Below, piece by piece: positions 19,209-29,000 of a stretch of DNA of 64,000 nucleotides. Source of the DNA: a virus; the IMG/VR virus record IMGVR_UViG_3300034418_011550, positions 1-64,000 of that record; one strand, written 5' to 3'. A program made the translations under genes and the position numbers. Position 1 is the stretch's first letter, and each line of letters begins with the position of its first letter. Below the pieces are notes generated by a model. That model was given only the letters and a program-made list of their open reading frames with translations, was not told where the DNA came from and ran no database searches.

Positions 19209-19218
19209 TATATTTATA
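19209..19218 (+). promoter_or_regulatory. Putative late promoter
   Basis: TATATTTATA 28 nt before ATG 19247. Confidence 0.55.
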
Positions 19219-19246
19219 GTAAACACAAGTTATAAGTAATAGTCTT

Positions 19247-20161
19247 ATGAAAGAAACACCAAGCCAGTTACCTCTGCAAAGTTATGTAATGAATTTTCCG
19301 TTCTCGCTTTCAACAGCGGATCCCAACAACATCTGGATGCAAGAGCTAACAGATGAAGAATTAACAATTAACAGACCTAAAGCATACAAGCAGTTTATGG
19401 ATTTGTATAACTTTATGGCTGGTCAATCACTTGTTCATTTATTACCTGCTGAAGGAAATTATCAAGACCAAGTATATGTAGCTAATTTAGGACTACAATT
19501 ACCTCATATTAAGGATGAAAATCATATTTTATTATCTAACTTTACTTCAGACCCTCGTAAGGGAGAAGAGCTTGTTGGTGAAAAATTCTTTAACCAAATG
19601 GGTTACAAAACTCATATCTCTCCTTTTAAATGGGAAGGTGAAGCTGATATCAAGTATTTATATGACAATGTATATATTGGGGGTTATGGTATTCGTTCCA
19701 ATATTAAGACTTATGAGTGGATGGAAAAAAACTTTGATATGGAAATTATCAAAGTAGCAATGACTGATGAGTATTTATATCATTTAGATTGTTCAATCTT
19801 TCCATTAAATCAAGACAAAACTTTGATTTGTACTGAACTGTTCGATCCTCAAGAGGTAGCGCAAATAGAACAGTATACTGAAATTATAGACGTAAATATT
19901 GATGATGCCTTGGGCGGAATGACAAACTCTGTACGCTTAGGAAACATGATTTTATGCGCGTCAAACATTGCTGAACTTAAAAAGTCTCATGAATATTATG
20001 AGGCTGAAAAACATAAAATTGAATCATTAGAAAAAATTTGTTCTGATGAAGGTATGGAACCAGTAATTTTCAACCTTTCAGAATATATGAAATCAGGTGC
20101 TATGTTATCATGTATGGTAATGCATTTGAATAGAGTTGACCATAATAAAACGTTATTATAA
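19247..20161 (+). CDS. Pentein (amidinotransferase / arginine dihydrolase / DDAH-like) enzyme
   Basis: DQVYVANLG, WEGEAD, YHLDCS, KSGAMLSCM with the catalytic His and Cys positions. Confidence 0.8.
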   Translation: MKETPSQLPLQSYVMNFPFSLSTADPNNIWMQELTDEELTINRPKAYKQFMDLYNFMAGQSLVHLLPAEGNYQDQVYVANLGLQLPHIKDENHILLSNFTSDPRKGEELVGEKFFNQMGYKTHISPFKWEGEADIKYLYDNVYIGGYGIRSNIKTYEWMEKNFDMEIIKVAMTDEYLYHLDCSIFPLNQDKTLICTELFDPQEVAQIEQYTEIIDVNIDDALGGMTNSVRLGNMILCASNIAELKKSHEYYEAEKHKIESLEKICSDEGMEPVIFNLSEYMKSGAMLSCMVMHLNRVDHNKTLL

Positions 20162-20910
20162 TGGCACAAACATTAGAAGATTGGTTAAACGGTGAGGTTA
20201 AAGAACTCTCTAAACTGCCTGTAGGTGAGCTAAGTAACACATTTTTCTTTAGAGATCCTATCCGTCCAAATTACATTGACCATGAACATTTCTATAGTCC
20301 AGCTGATGGAACCATCTTGTACCAAAAAGTTGTCCAACCAGATGAAGCAGTTGTAGAAATTAAAGGTATGAATTATACCTTAAAAGACGTAATGGGAGAT
20401 GATGAATATGATAAACCATCCTTAGTGATTGGTATTTTTATGTCATTCTATGATGTTCATATTAATAGAATTCCTTATGGAGGAATATTAACCTATGAAC
20501 ATTTAGAGCCTATTGAATCTACAAACTTACCCATGTTGGCGGTTGAGAAGGACATTTTAAATCAGGTAGTTAACCCGAACAACATGGAGTATTTAAAGTA
20601 CAATGAACGTATGTTTAACCAAATATATGTTCCTTCTTTAAACTACATATATTATTTAATACAAATAGCCGATGAAGACGTAAACGTAATTGCTCCATTT
20701 AAGAAGCAATTAGATCTTTGTGCTCAGAATGAAAGATTTAGCCTAATTAGATGGGGCTCTCAAGTAGATCTAGTATTACCACTAGATGGGAGGTTTGAAT
20801 TCGAGACAGTGTTAGACAATGCTATGCATGTTAATGCTGGACTTGATAAATTAGTAAAAATCAATATTAACAACAATGCCATCAAAACCACACACCGACG
20901 AGGTGCATAG
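20161..20910 (+). CDS. Pyruvoyl-dependent decarboxylase, phosphatidylserine-decarboxylase fold
   Basis: FYSPADG, IFMSFYDVHINRIP, self-cleavage motif RWG|SQVD; no N-terminal membrane helix; TAATG-coupled. Confidence 0.8.
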   Translation: MAQTLEDWLNGEVKELSKLPVGELSNTFFFRDPIRPNYIDHEHFYSPADGTILYQKVVQPDEAVVEIKGMNYTLKDVMGDDEYDKPSLVIGIFMSFYDVHINRIPYGGILTYEHLEPIESTNLPMLAVEKDILNQVVNPNNMEYLKYNERMFNQIYVPSLNYIYYLIQIADEDVNVIAPFKKQLDLCAQNERFSLIRWGSQVDLVLPLDGRFEFETVLDNAMHVNAGLDKLVKININNNAIKTTHRRGA

Positions 20911-21610
20911 ACAACAACGAGTGATAAAAAATCCTATTAAATTCAAAATACAACTTAACGAAGAGCAAAAATTAGCTAAAGAAGAAATACTAAATAATAC
21001 TTTAACCTTACTAGCAGGTTCAGCTGGTTCAGGTAAAACATTATTAGCAGTTCAAGTAGCTTTAGATGGTCTTATAAGAAGACATTACGAAAAAATTATT
21101 ATAACTAGACCAACAGTGTCTAAAGAAGAAATAGGATTTCTACCAGGAGACTTAAGAGAAAAAATGGATCCTTGGATACAACCTATCTACCAAAACATGT
21201 ATGCTCTTTATGATAAAGAAAAAGTAGAAAAACTTATTGAAGACGGAAAAATTGAAATTGTACCTTTAGCCTTTATGAGAGGTAGAACATTTTTAGATTC
21301 TTGCATTATTGTAGATGAAGCACAAAACGTAACTCACGAACAGATGGAAATGATTGCTACTCGTATTGGTTTACGAAGCAAAATGATTGTTTGTGGAGAT
21401 GACCATCAGGTAGACTTAAAAGCAAAACGTGATTCTGGCTTTAGATTTTTATACACAGCAGCTCGTAAAGTTAAAAATATGGCTGCTATTACTTTAAAAC
21501 AAAATCATAGAGACCCGATTGTAGAAGATTTAATAAATATTTATGAAGAGGCAGCAGAACGAGGTCTTAATTTAGGAACCTCAGGAACTAATGGAACTTC
21601 AAAGAGATAA
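20876..21610 (+). CDS. phoH: PhoH-family ATPase
   Basis: GSAGSGKT, ITRPTV, IGFLPGDLREKMDPW, PLAFMRGRTF, DEAQN. Confidence 0.95.
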   Translation: MPSKPHTDEVHRQQRVIKNPIKFKIQLNEEQKLAKEEILNNTLTLLAGSAGSGKTLLAVQVALDGLIRRHYEKIIITRPTVSKEEIGFLPGDLREKMDPWIQPIYQNMYALYDKEKVEKLIEDGKIEIVPLAFMRGRTFLDSCIIVDEAQNVTHEQMEMIATRIGLRSKMIVCGDDHQVDLKAKRDSGFRFLYTAARKVKNMAAITLKQNHRDPIVEDLINIYEEAAERGLNLGTSGTNGTSKR

Positions 21611-21618
21611 TATTTATA
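21609..21618 (+). promoter_or_regulatory. Putative late promoter
   Basis: AATATTTATA 10 nt before ATG 21629. Confidence 0.6.
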
Positions 21619-21628
21619 AATAAATACA

Positions 21629-22030
21629 ATGTCAGCAGGTAAATATTCTTTTGTAATTGAACAAGGGGCAACATTTGAATTAGAACTTCAGTATACTGAT
21701 CCTGAAGGAAATGCTATTAATCTTAATGGATATAATGGTAGAATGCAAGCTCGTCCAAGTAACACCTCTGATACTGTTTATTTTACTCTTTCTAGTAGTT
21801 TAGATGCTTGTGGTACAGGATTAAATTTTAGTGGCTCATCAGGAGATAAAGATCCTTCCTCTGGATCAATTGGAATTTACATTTCTGCAGCTTCATCTTC
21901 AGCTTTTGACTTTACTCAAGGAGTGTACGATTTAACCATCTATTCAGGTAGTGGTGATTGTACATATGTTTTAAGATTGTTAGAAGGAAATGTTAAATTA
22001 TCAAACGATGTAACTAGACCCTCATATTAA
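21629..22030 (+). CDS. Beta-sandwich virion protein (BppU-N-like)
   Basis: IEQGATF, INLNGYNGRMQAR, GVYDLTI, RLLEGNV pattern. Confidence 0.55.
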   Translation: MSAGKYSFVIEQGATFELELQYTDPEGNAINLNGYNGRMQARPSNTSDTVYFTLSSSLDACGTGLNFSGSSGDKDPSSGSIGIYISAASSSAFDFTQGVYDLTIYSGSGDCTYVLRLLEGNVKLSNDVTRPSY

Positions 22031-22036
22031 AATAAA

Positions 22037-23359
22037 ATGGCAGCAAATATAGTTAAAGTATACTCAGTAGGTTTACAAGGCCCAACAGGACCTTCAGGTT
22101 CATTAGCCCCAGATAACTCAGGTAGTTTCAACATCACAGGATCTTTAAATATCACAGGATCAGTTACTAGTTCCTTTTTTACAGGTTCATTTTATGGTGA
22201 TGGATCTAATTTAACAGGAACAACAACAGATACAGGTTCATTAGCGACTACAGGTTCTAATACTTTTATTGGAGATCAAGTATTTTCCGGATCTCTTACA
22301 ATAACAGGTAGCTCAGCTAAAATGGTTAGTGGCTTAATTGAGATAGATGGTAAAGGAACAGGTGAATCAGAATTAGGAATATTACAAGAAGGTCTTCGAA
22401 TTTTTAGAGGATCCTCAGCTACAGATAGAAATCAAAATATAACTATTAATTACCAAGGAGGAGCGGGTAATATTGTGGCGTATGAAAGTAACGCTAATGT
22501 TCCTCAACTTAGAATATTCTTATCCTCTTCAACTACAAGTTACACACCAGCAAAATTCCAAATAGGTGTAACCTCAATGTCAGGATCATTTAATGTTACT
22601 GGTTCAACAACATTATCAGGCTCATTATATGTTTCTGGAGGAACTACAGGATCCTTTACAGGATCATTTACAGGTAATGGAGCAGGTTTAACTGGATTAG
22701 TTTCATCTTCTTATGCTATTACAGCATCTCATGCCTTAAACGCTGGTGGAGATGCTTTTCCATATACAGGTTCAGCTGAAATCTCAGGCTCATTAACTGT
22801 AATAGGAAAAGTAAATGCTGGTAGTGATAACACCGTTGGAGGTCAATTTGCTTTTGCTCAAGGTTTGTTAAGTGAAGCTAATGGTAATTATTCACACGCC
22901 GAAGGTTATTTTACTATTGCTGATGGTAATTGGTCTCATACTGAAGGTAGAGAAACAACAACATTAGATAGATATGCTCACGCTGAAGGATATGGAACTA
23001 CAGCTTCCGCTGAATATTCACACGCTGAAGGTAGATTTACTCAAGCAACAGGTCTATATTCACATGCTGAAGGATGGGGTACTATAGCTAGTGGCAATAA
23101 TCAACATGTTGAAGGTGTGTTTAATATAGCTGATTCTAATGCTTTATGGATTGTAGGTGATGGTAGTAATGTAAGTAATAGAAAAAATTTAATAGCTGCT
23201 TATACTAATACCCTCACAATAAGCGGTTCAGTTTATATCTCAGGAAGTGGAGTATTTATTTCTGTAGATTCTTTACCAACTTCAGAACCAGCTACTTCAG
23301 GTCAATTATGGTTATCTGGTTCAGCAGGTAACTCAAAATATTTAATGGTTAGAGATTAA
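22037..23359 (+). CDS. Fibre/adhesin with YadA-head-like 14-aa repeats
   Basis: Tandem SHAEG/SHTEG/AHAEG repeats; many (I/V)TGS motifs. Confidence 0.7.
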   Translation: MAANIVKVYSVGLQGPTGPSGSLAPDNSGSFNITGSLNITGSVTSSFFTGSFYGDGSNLTGTTTDTGSLATTGSNTFIGDQVFSGSLTITGSSAKMVSGLIEIDGKGTGESELGILQEGLRIFRGSSATDRNQNITINYQGGAGNIVAYESNANVPQLRIFLSSSTTSYTPAKFQIGVTSMSGSFNVTGSTTLSGSLYVSGGTTGSFTGSFTGNGAGLTGLVSSSYAITASHALNAGGDAFPYTGSAEISGSLTVIGKVNAGSDNTVGGQFAFAQGLLSEANGNYSHAEGYFTIADGNWSHTEGRETTTLDRYAHAEGYGTTASAEYSHAEGRFTQATGLYSHAEGWGTIASGNNQHVEGVFNIADSNALWIVGDGSNVSNRKNLIAAYTNTLTISGSVYISGSGVFISVDSLPTSEPATSGQLWLSGSAGNSKYLMVRD

Positions 23360-23384
23360 TTTTAAAAAATAAATAAATATGTGT

Positions 23385-23411
23385 GGGCTCCAAATTGGAG
23401 CCCTCTTTTTT
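23385..23411 (+). terminator. Rho-independent terminator
   Basis: GGGCTCC-aaatt-GGAGCCC then TCTTTTTT. Confidence 0.8.
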
Positions 23412-23421
23412 AATATTTATA
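23412..23421 (+). promoter_or_regulatory. Putative late promoter
   Basis: AATATTTATA 3 nt before ATG 23425. Confidence 0.65.
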
Positions 23422-23424
23422 ATC

Positions 23425-24573
23425 ATGGCAAACATTCCTATTTGGCCCGGCTCATCTTCATTTTTCCCAGGAGAAACACCTTTTGGGTTTTATGATAATG
23501 ACCCTGATTTTCAAACAGACGCTGATAAAGTAGCAAAATTTTGTGGTTTGCGTTTAGGTTACCCTATTGAAAACGTAGAATTACAAGATGTTAATTTTTA
23601 TACTGCTTTTGAACAAGCTGTCACAGTATACGGTAATGAACTATATGCTTTTAATGTTAGAGATAATTATTTATCTTTAGAAGGAGCATCAACTGGGTCC
23701 AATTTAAATAAATCCCTTATTACACCTAATTTAGAAGGTGTTATACGCATGTCCCAACAATATGCCTCCGAAGCAGGTACCGGAGGAAATTACAATTGGT
23801 ATAGCGGTTCAGTTACATTAACAGGAAGTATTCAAGATTATGATTTAGGAGCTTGGGCCACTGATAATAATATTTCAGGCGGTTTAGAAATTAAAAAAAT
23901 ATGGTATGAAGATGTACCTGCTGTTTCTGAACTATATAGTCCGTGGGCCGGTATATTACCGGGTGCTGCTAGCGCTGTAGGTTTAGTAGGTATTGCCGGA
24001 TATGGTCCTTCAACTAACTTCTTATTAATGCCTTTAAGTTATGATTTACAAAACATTCAGGCTATTGAAATGTCAAATCAAGTTAGATTATCTAACTACA
24101 CATTCCAATTAATTAATAATAAATTAAGAATATTCCCTATACCAGGTACAGGAGATGAAGGAACTAATTTGTGGTTTCAATATTCTATTATAGATGAAAA
24201 ATATGATGCTTCTATAACACCTACATCTAAAGTAAATAATGTATCAAATGTTCCTTATGGGAATCCAACATATGAACAAATAAATTCTGTAGGTAGAAGT
24301 TGGATTTTTGAATATACATTAGCCTTAGCTAAAGAAATGTTAGGGTATGTTAGAGGTAAATATGGAACTATACCTATTCCTGGAGCTGAAGTAACATTAA
24401 ACCAAAGTGATTTAATAGCTGCGGCAACTTCTGAAAAAGAAGCTTTAATCACTAGATTAAGAGATTACTTTGATTCAACTTCTCGTCAAGCATTACTTGA
24501 AAGAAGGGCAGCAGAATCAGCAGCTCGCGTTAATGAAATTAATCAGGTTCCAATGACAATTTTTATAGGATAA
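23425..24573 (+). CDS. Neck / head-tail adaptor protein (gp13-like)
   Basis: LGYPIENVEL, YTLALAKEMLGYVRGKY, VTLN; start moved to 23425 after terminator and promoter. Confidence 0.7.
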   Translation: MANIPIWPGSSSFFPGETPFGFYDNDPDFQTDADKVAKFCGLRLGYPIENVELQDVNFYTAFEQAVTVYGNELYAFNVRDNYLSLEGASTGSNLNKSLITPNLEGVIRMSQQYASEAGTGGNYNWYSGSVTLTGSIQDYDLGAWATDNNISGGLEIKKIWYEDVPAVSELYSPWAGILPGAASAVGLVGIAGYGPSTNFLLMPLSYDLQNIQAIEMSNQVRLSNYTFQLINNKLRIFPIPGTGDEGTNLWFQYSIIDEKYDASITPTSKVNNVSNVPYGNPTYEQINSVGRSWIFEYTLALAKEMLGYVRGKYGTIPIPGAEVTLNQSDLIAAATSEKEALITRLRDYFDSTSRQALLERRAAESAARVNEINQVPMTIFIG

Positions 24574-24574
24574 T

Positions 24575-25096
24575 ATGGCATTATTTGGTGAAAGTAGAGA
24601 TATAAGCATGTTCAGACACATTAACCGTGAGTTAATGCAAAACATTATCTCTGAACAAGTAGTATTCTATAAATATAACTTAACTAAAACCAATGTTAAT
24701 ATGTATGGTGAGGCAAGTGAAGGAAGATATTTCCAAGATCCTGTTTTACTATATGCTTTAGTTGAAAGATCCCCCCAATCAAATCCAGTAGATGAATTTG
24801 GTGTTCAGTTTGATTATGCTTTAATCTTTAGATTTTTAGTTGATGACTTAACTGATTTAAGTATATTCCCTGATGTTGGAGATGTGGTTATGTATTATGA
24901 AGGATATTGGGAAATAGATAGTATAAACTCTACACAGTTCTTTGTAGGTAAAAACCCAGCTTATCCTTATAATGACTCAACAGGAACAAACCCATTAGAA
25001 ACTGACTTAGGTTCTTTTGGTTATAATGTATCATCAATATGTTCAGCGCACTACGTACCAGCTGATCGCTTGAACATTGTTAAACAACGTTTATAA
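24575..25096 (+). CDS. Neck / head-closure protein (gp14-like)
   Basis: NMYGEA, DEFGVQ, PDVGDVV, YWEIDSI; synteny. Confidence 0.6.
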   Translation: MALFGESRDISMFRHINRELMQNIISEQVVFYKYNLTKTNVNMYGEASEGRYFQDPVLLYALVERSPQSNPVDEFGVQFDYALIFRFLVDDLTDLSIFPDVGDVVMYYEGYWEIDSINSTQFFVGKNPAYPYNDSTGTNPLETDLGSFGYNVSSICSAHYVPADRLNIVKQRL

Positions 25097-26046
25097 TGGC
25101 TGTAAAAGGAAGAAAACCAATACCAAAGACCCAAAGAGAAATAAGTAATTCTCTTATAACTCCTTATGATAAGGAAAATGGAAATCCTAATTTAGCCAAT
25201 CCTAATTTGGATAATGAAGTTAATAGATCACAACAGATTTCATTTAAAGGAGATACAACAAAACCATTTTCTGTTAGTATTCAAGACATAGATGAAGCTG
25301 TATTCTATTATCTTAGAGAAGTTATTAAACCTTTTGTTATACAAAACGGTGTTAGAATTCCTGTTCCTGTGATTTATGGTGCCCCTGAGAAATGGAAATC
25401 ATTTCAAAAAGACGGTTATTATAGAGACTTAAATGGAGAAATTATGGCTCCATTAATCATGTTTAAACGTACAGGAATTAATAAAAATAGAAGTATAGCT
25501 AATAAATTAGATGCTAACTTACCTTATAATTATGGTGTGTTTACTAAAGGTTACAATTCAAAAAATGCTTATGATAACTTTAATGTTTTAAATAATAGAA
25601 CACCTAACAAAGTTTATTATTCAGTTGTAGTTCCTGATTATGTAACAGTAAGCTATCAATTTGCTGTGTTTACATATTATGTAGAACAACAAAATAAAAT
25701 AGTTGAAGCCATTGAATACGCTTCAGACTCATATTGGGGTGACCCAGAACGCTTTAAATTTAAAGCTATGATAGATTCTTTTGGTTTCCAAACAGAATTA
25801 TCAGATAGTAATGAAAGAGTAGTACGTAGTACTTTCGATTTAAGCCTAAATGGCTATATTATACCAGACGTTATACAAAAAGACATGAACGCGCAAAAGA
25901 AATCATACGAAGCTTCTAAAATTATATTTTCAGTTGAAGCGACAAATAATGAAGGAATATTCCTTGGAGTAGAACAAGATGGACGTTTAGTCACACCTAC
26001 TGTTGGGGAAAAAGAAACTCAAAACAGATCTACATCCATCGGGTAA
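25096..26046 (+). CDS. Tail terminator / sheath stabiliser (gp15-like)
   Basis: VPVIYGAPEKW, PDYVTVSYQ; synteny after the neck genes. Confidence 0.6.
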   Translation: MAVKGRKPIPKTQREISNSLITPYDKENGNPNLANPNLDNEVNRSQQISFKGDTTKPFSVSIQDIDEAVFYYLREVIKPFVIQNGVRIPVPVIYGAPEKWKSFQKDGYYRDLNGEIMAPLIMFKRTGINKNRSIANKLDANLPYNYGVFTKGYNSKNAYDNFNVLNNRTPNKVYYSVVVPDYVTVSYQFAVFTYYVEQQNKIVEAIEYASDSYWGDPERFKFKAMIDSFGFQTELSDSNERVVRSTFDLSLNGYIIPDVIQKDMNAQKKSYEASKIIFSVEATNNEGIFLGVEQDGRLVTPTVGEKETQNRSTSIG

Positions 26047-26050
26047 GGCT

Positions 26051-26060
26051 AATATTTATT
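26051..26060 (+). promoter_or_regulatory. Putative late promoter
   Basis: AATATTTATT 8 nt before ATG 26069. Confidence 0.6.
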
Positions 26061-26068
26061 ATAAATAA

Positions 26069-29000
26069 ATGGCTAAAGTTAGATATCTTGATCAGGTACC
26101 CGTTGGTGTTTACAATACAGCTGGCTCCGGCGGTACTGGTGCTATTGATATATATTATACTGGCTCCTTAATAAAAGCTAGTGCTCCTTTTATCAATTTT
26201 ACCGGCTCAGCTGAAGCTTTCACAGAAGTAATATCTGGGACTGAAGGAGTAACAGTTTATATATCAGGTTCAGGAGTTGGATTTCCATTCTCAGGATCAG
26301 CAGTAATTACAGGTTCATTAGTAATTTCAGGTTCAGCAGAACCTATTATAATTCAAACATTACCATATGAAGCTAGTCCTTCATATGTTGTAACATATGT
26401 TCCTGCCTCAGGAGTATTAGAATATTCTGATATGCCATCAGATGGTACTTCAGGTTCAAGCGGCTCTTCAGGAACAAGCGGTAGCTCAGGTTCATCCGGC
26501 ACTTCAGGAAGTTCTGGTTCTAGTGGAACAAGTGGTTCTTCAGGAACATCAGGTTCTAGTGGAACATCTGGCTCAAGTGGTTCTAGTGGTACATCAGGTT
26601 CATCAGGCTCATCTGGTTCAAGTGGTACTAGCGGCTCATCAGGTTCATCTGGCACTTCAGGTAGTTCAGGTTCAAGTGGTTCAAGTGGAACAAGTGGTTC
26701 ATCTGGCTCTTCAGGTACTTCTGGTTCTTCAGGAACATCAGGTTCATCTGGCACTTCTGGTTCCTCAGGTACATCAGGCTCAAGTGGCACTTCAGGTTCA
26801 TCTGGAACCTCAGGTTCTTCAGGTTCATCAGGTACTAGTGGCTCTTCAGGTTCATCAGGTTCATCAGGTTCTAGTGGTTCAAGTGGAACTTCTGGTTCAT
26901 CTGGATCTAGTGGAACCTCAGGAAGCTCAGGCTCATCTGGCTCATCAGGCTCAAGTGGAACTAGTGGTAGTTCAGGCTCATCAGGAACCTCAGGTTCTTC
27001 AGGGTCTAGTGGAACATCAGGAGTTAGTGGTATATCAAGTGGATTAGTTTATTATTATGACGGACCAACAGCATCACAAACAGTTCCTATAACATCTTTA
27101 ATTACCGATGATTTAATTTTATTCCCTAATACAGGATCACAAACAACTATTTCAACAACAAGTTTTGATCCTGCGGATGGAGACACTGAAATAGTTCAAT
27201 ATGTTACTCCATCAGCATCTTTAGCTACAACAGTAATAGTTCCTGGGTTATGGGTAAATAATTTATTTGCACAAAGAACAGCTGGAACAGGTACTCTTGT
27301 TTATTGGATTGTTATTGATGAAATGCAATCTAATGGAACAACTCTTATTGCTAATATTGCATCAGGAAATGCTGGTTCGGGTACTCCTATTACTAATACC
27401 CAAAACAATTATATTTATTCTTTATATGTTCCTTCATATGTTTTAGCATCAGTTAACTCAAGAATTAGAGTTAGTGTTTACGCAAACACAACAGGTAATA
27501 ATACTGCGTTTGATATTGAAATGAGAGATAATACTCTCTCAAACATAGTAACAACATTAGCTGCTAATATAGCTGGAACTTCAGGAACAAGCGGTAGCTC
27601 AGGTTCATCTGGCACTTCAGGAAGTTCTGGTTCTAGTGGAACAAGCGGTTCTTCAGGTTCATCTGGTACTTCTGGGTCATCAGGATCTAGTGGTACTAGT
27701 GGCAGTTCAGGTTCTAGCGGAACAAGCGGTTCTTCTGGCTCTTCAGGAACTTCAGGTATAGATGGAACAAGCGGCTCATCAGGATCTAGTGGTACATCAG
27801 GTAGTTCAGGTTCTTCTGGAACTAGTGGCTCATCTGGTACTTCTGGTTCATCAGGTTCAAGCGGAACTTCAGGTTCATCTGGAAGTTCAGGTACTTCTGG
27901 CTCATCAGGTAGTTCAGGTACTTCAGGCTCATCAGGCACTTCAGGCTCATCAGGCACTTCAGGCTCATCTGGAAGTTCAGGTACATCTGGTTCATCAGGT
28001 TCATCAGGAACAAGCGGCTCATCAGGTAGTTCAGGTACTTCTGGCTCATCAGGTAGTTCAGGTACCTCTGGTTCATCAGGTACCTCTGGCTCATCAGGTA
28101 GTTCAGGTACTTCAGGTTCATCAGGTAGCTCTGGTTCTTCAGGTACCTCTGGTTCATCTGGTTCTAGTGGAACAAGCGGTTCATCTGGTACTAGTGGTAG
28201 TTCAGGTACTTCAGGTTCATCCGGTACTTCAGGTAGTTCTGGTTCTAGTGGAACTAGCGGTTCATCAGGCACTTCAGGTAGCTCTGGTTCTTCAGGCACT
28301 TCAGGCTCATCAGGTTCATCAGGTACAAGTGGCTCAAGTGGCAGCTCAGGTACTTCAGGTATAAGTGGTGTTAATGGAACTTCAGGTTCTAGCGGCACTT
28401 CAGGTTCTTCAGGAACCTCAGGCTCATCAGGCAGTTCAGGAACTAGTGGTTCTAGTGGTACTTCTGGTTCATCTGGATCAAGTGGCACCTCAGGTTCATC
28501 TGGAACTTCAGGTAGTTCAGGTTCATCAGGAACAAGTGGTTCAAGTGGTTCAAGTGGTTCTTCAGGAACTAGTGGCTCATCAGGCTCATCAGGTACAAGT
28601 GGCTCATCAGGCAGCTCAGGTACTTCAGGTATAAGTGGTGTAAATGGTACTAGCGGTTCTTCAGGAACCTCAGGTTCAAGTGGTACTTCAGGCAGCTCAG
28701 GTTCATCAGGAACATCAGGTGTTGACGGTACTTCTGGATCAAGTGGCACCTCAGGTTCATCTGGAAGTTCAGGAACTTCAGGTTCATCAGGAACAAGTGG
28801 TTCTTCAGGAACTTCAGGTTCAAGTGGTTCAAGCGGAACAAGTGGCTCAAGTGGTTCTTCTGGGACAAGTGGTTCATCAGGTACTTCAGGTTCATCAGGT
28901 ACCTCAGGCTCATCAGGCAGCAGTGGTACATCAGGTATAAGTGGAGTAAACGGAACTAGCGGCTCATCAGGATCAAGTGGAACATCAGGTTCTTCCGGTT

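Noticed and set aside
23383-23424. Track's upstream starts for the neck gene (also 4512, 6929, 16089, 41888)
   Set aside because: Extensions run through terminators, promoters or upstream genes; downstream ATGs fit coupling and promoter positions better.
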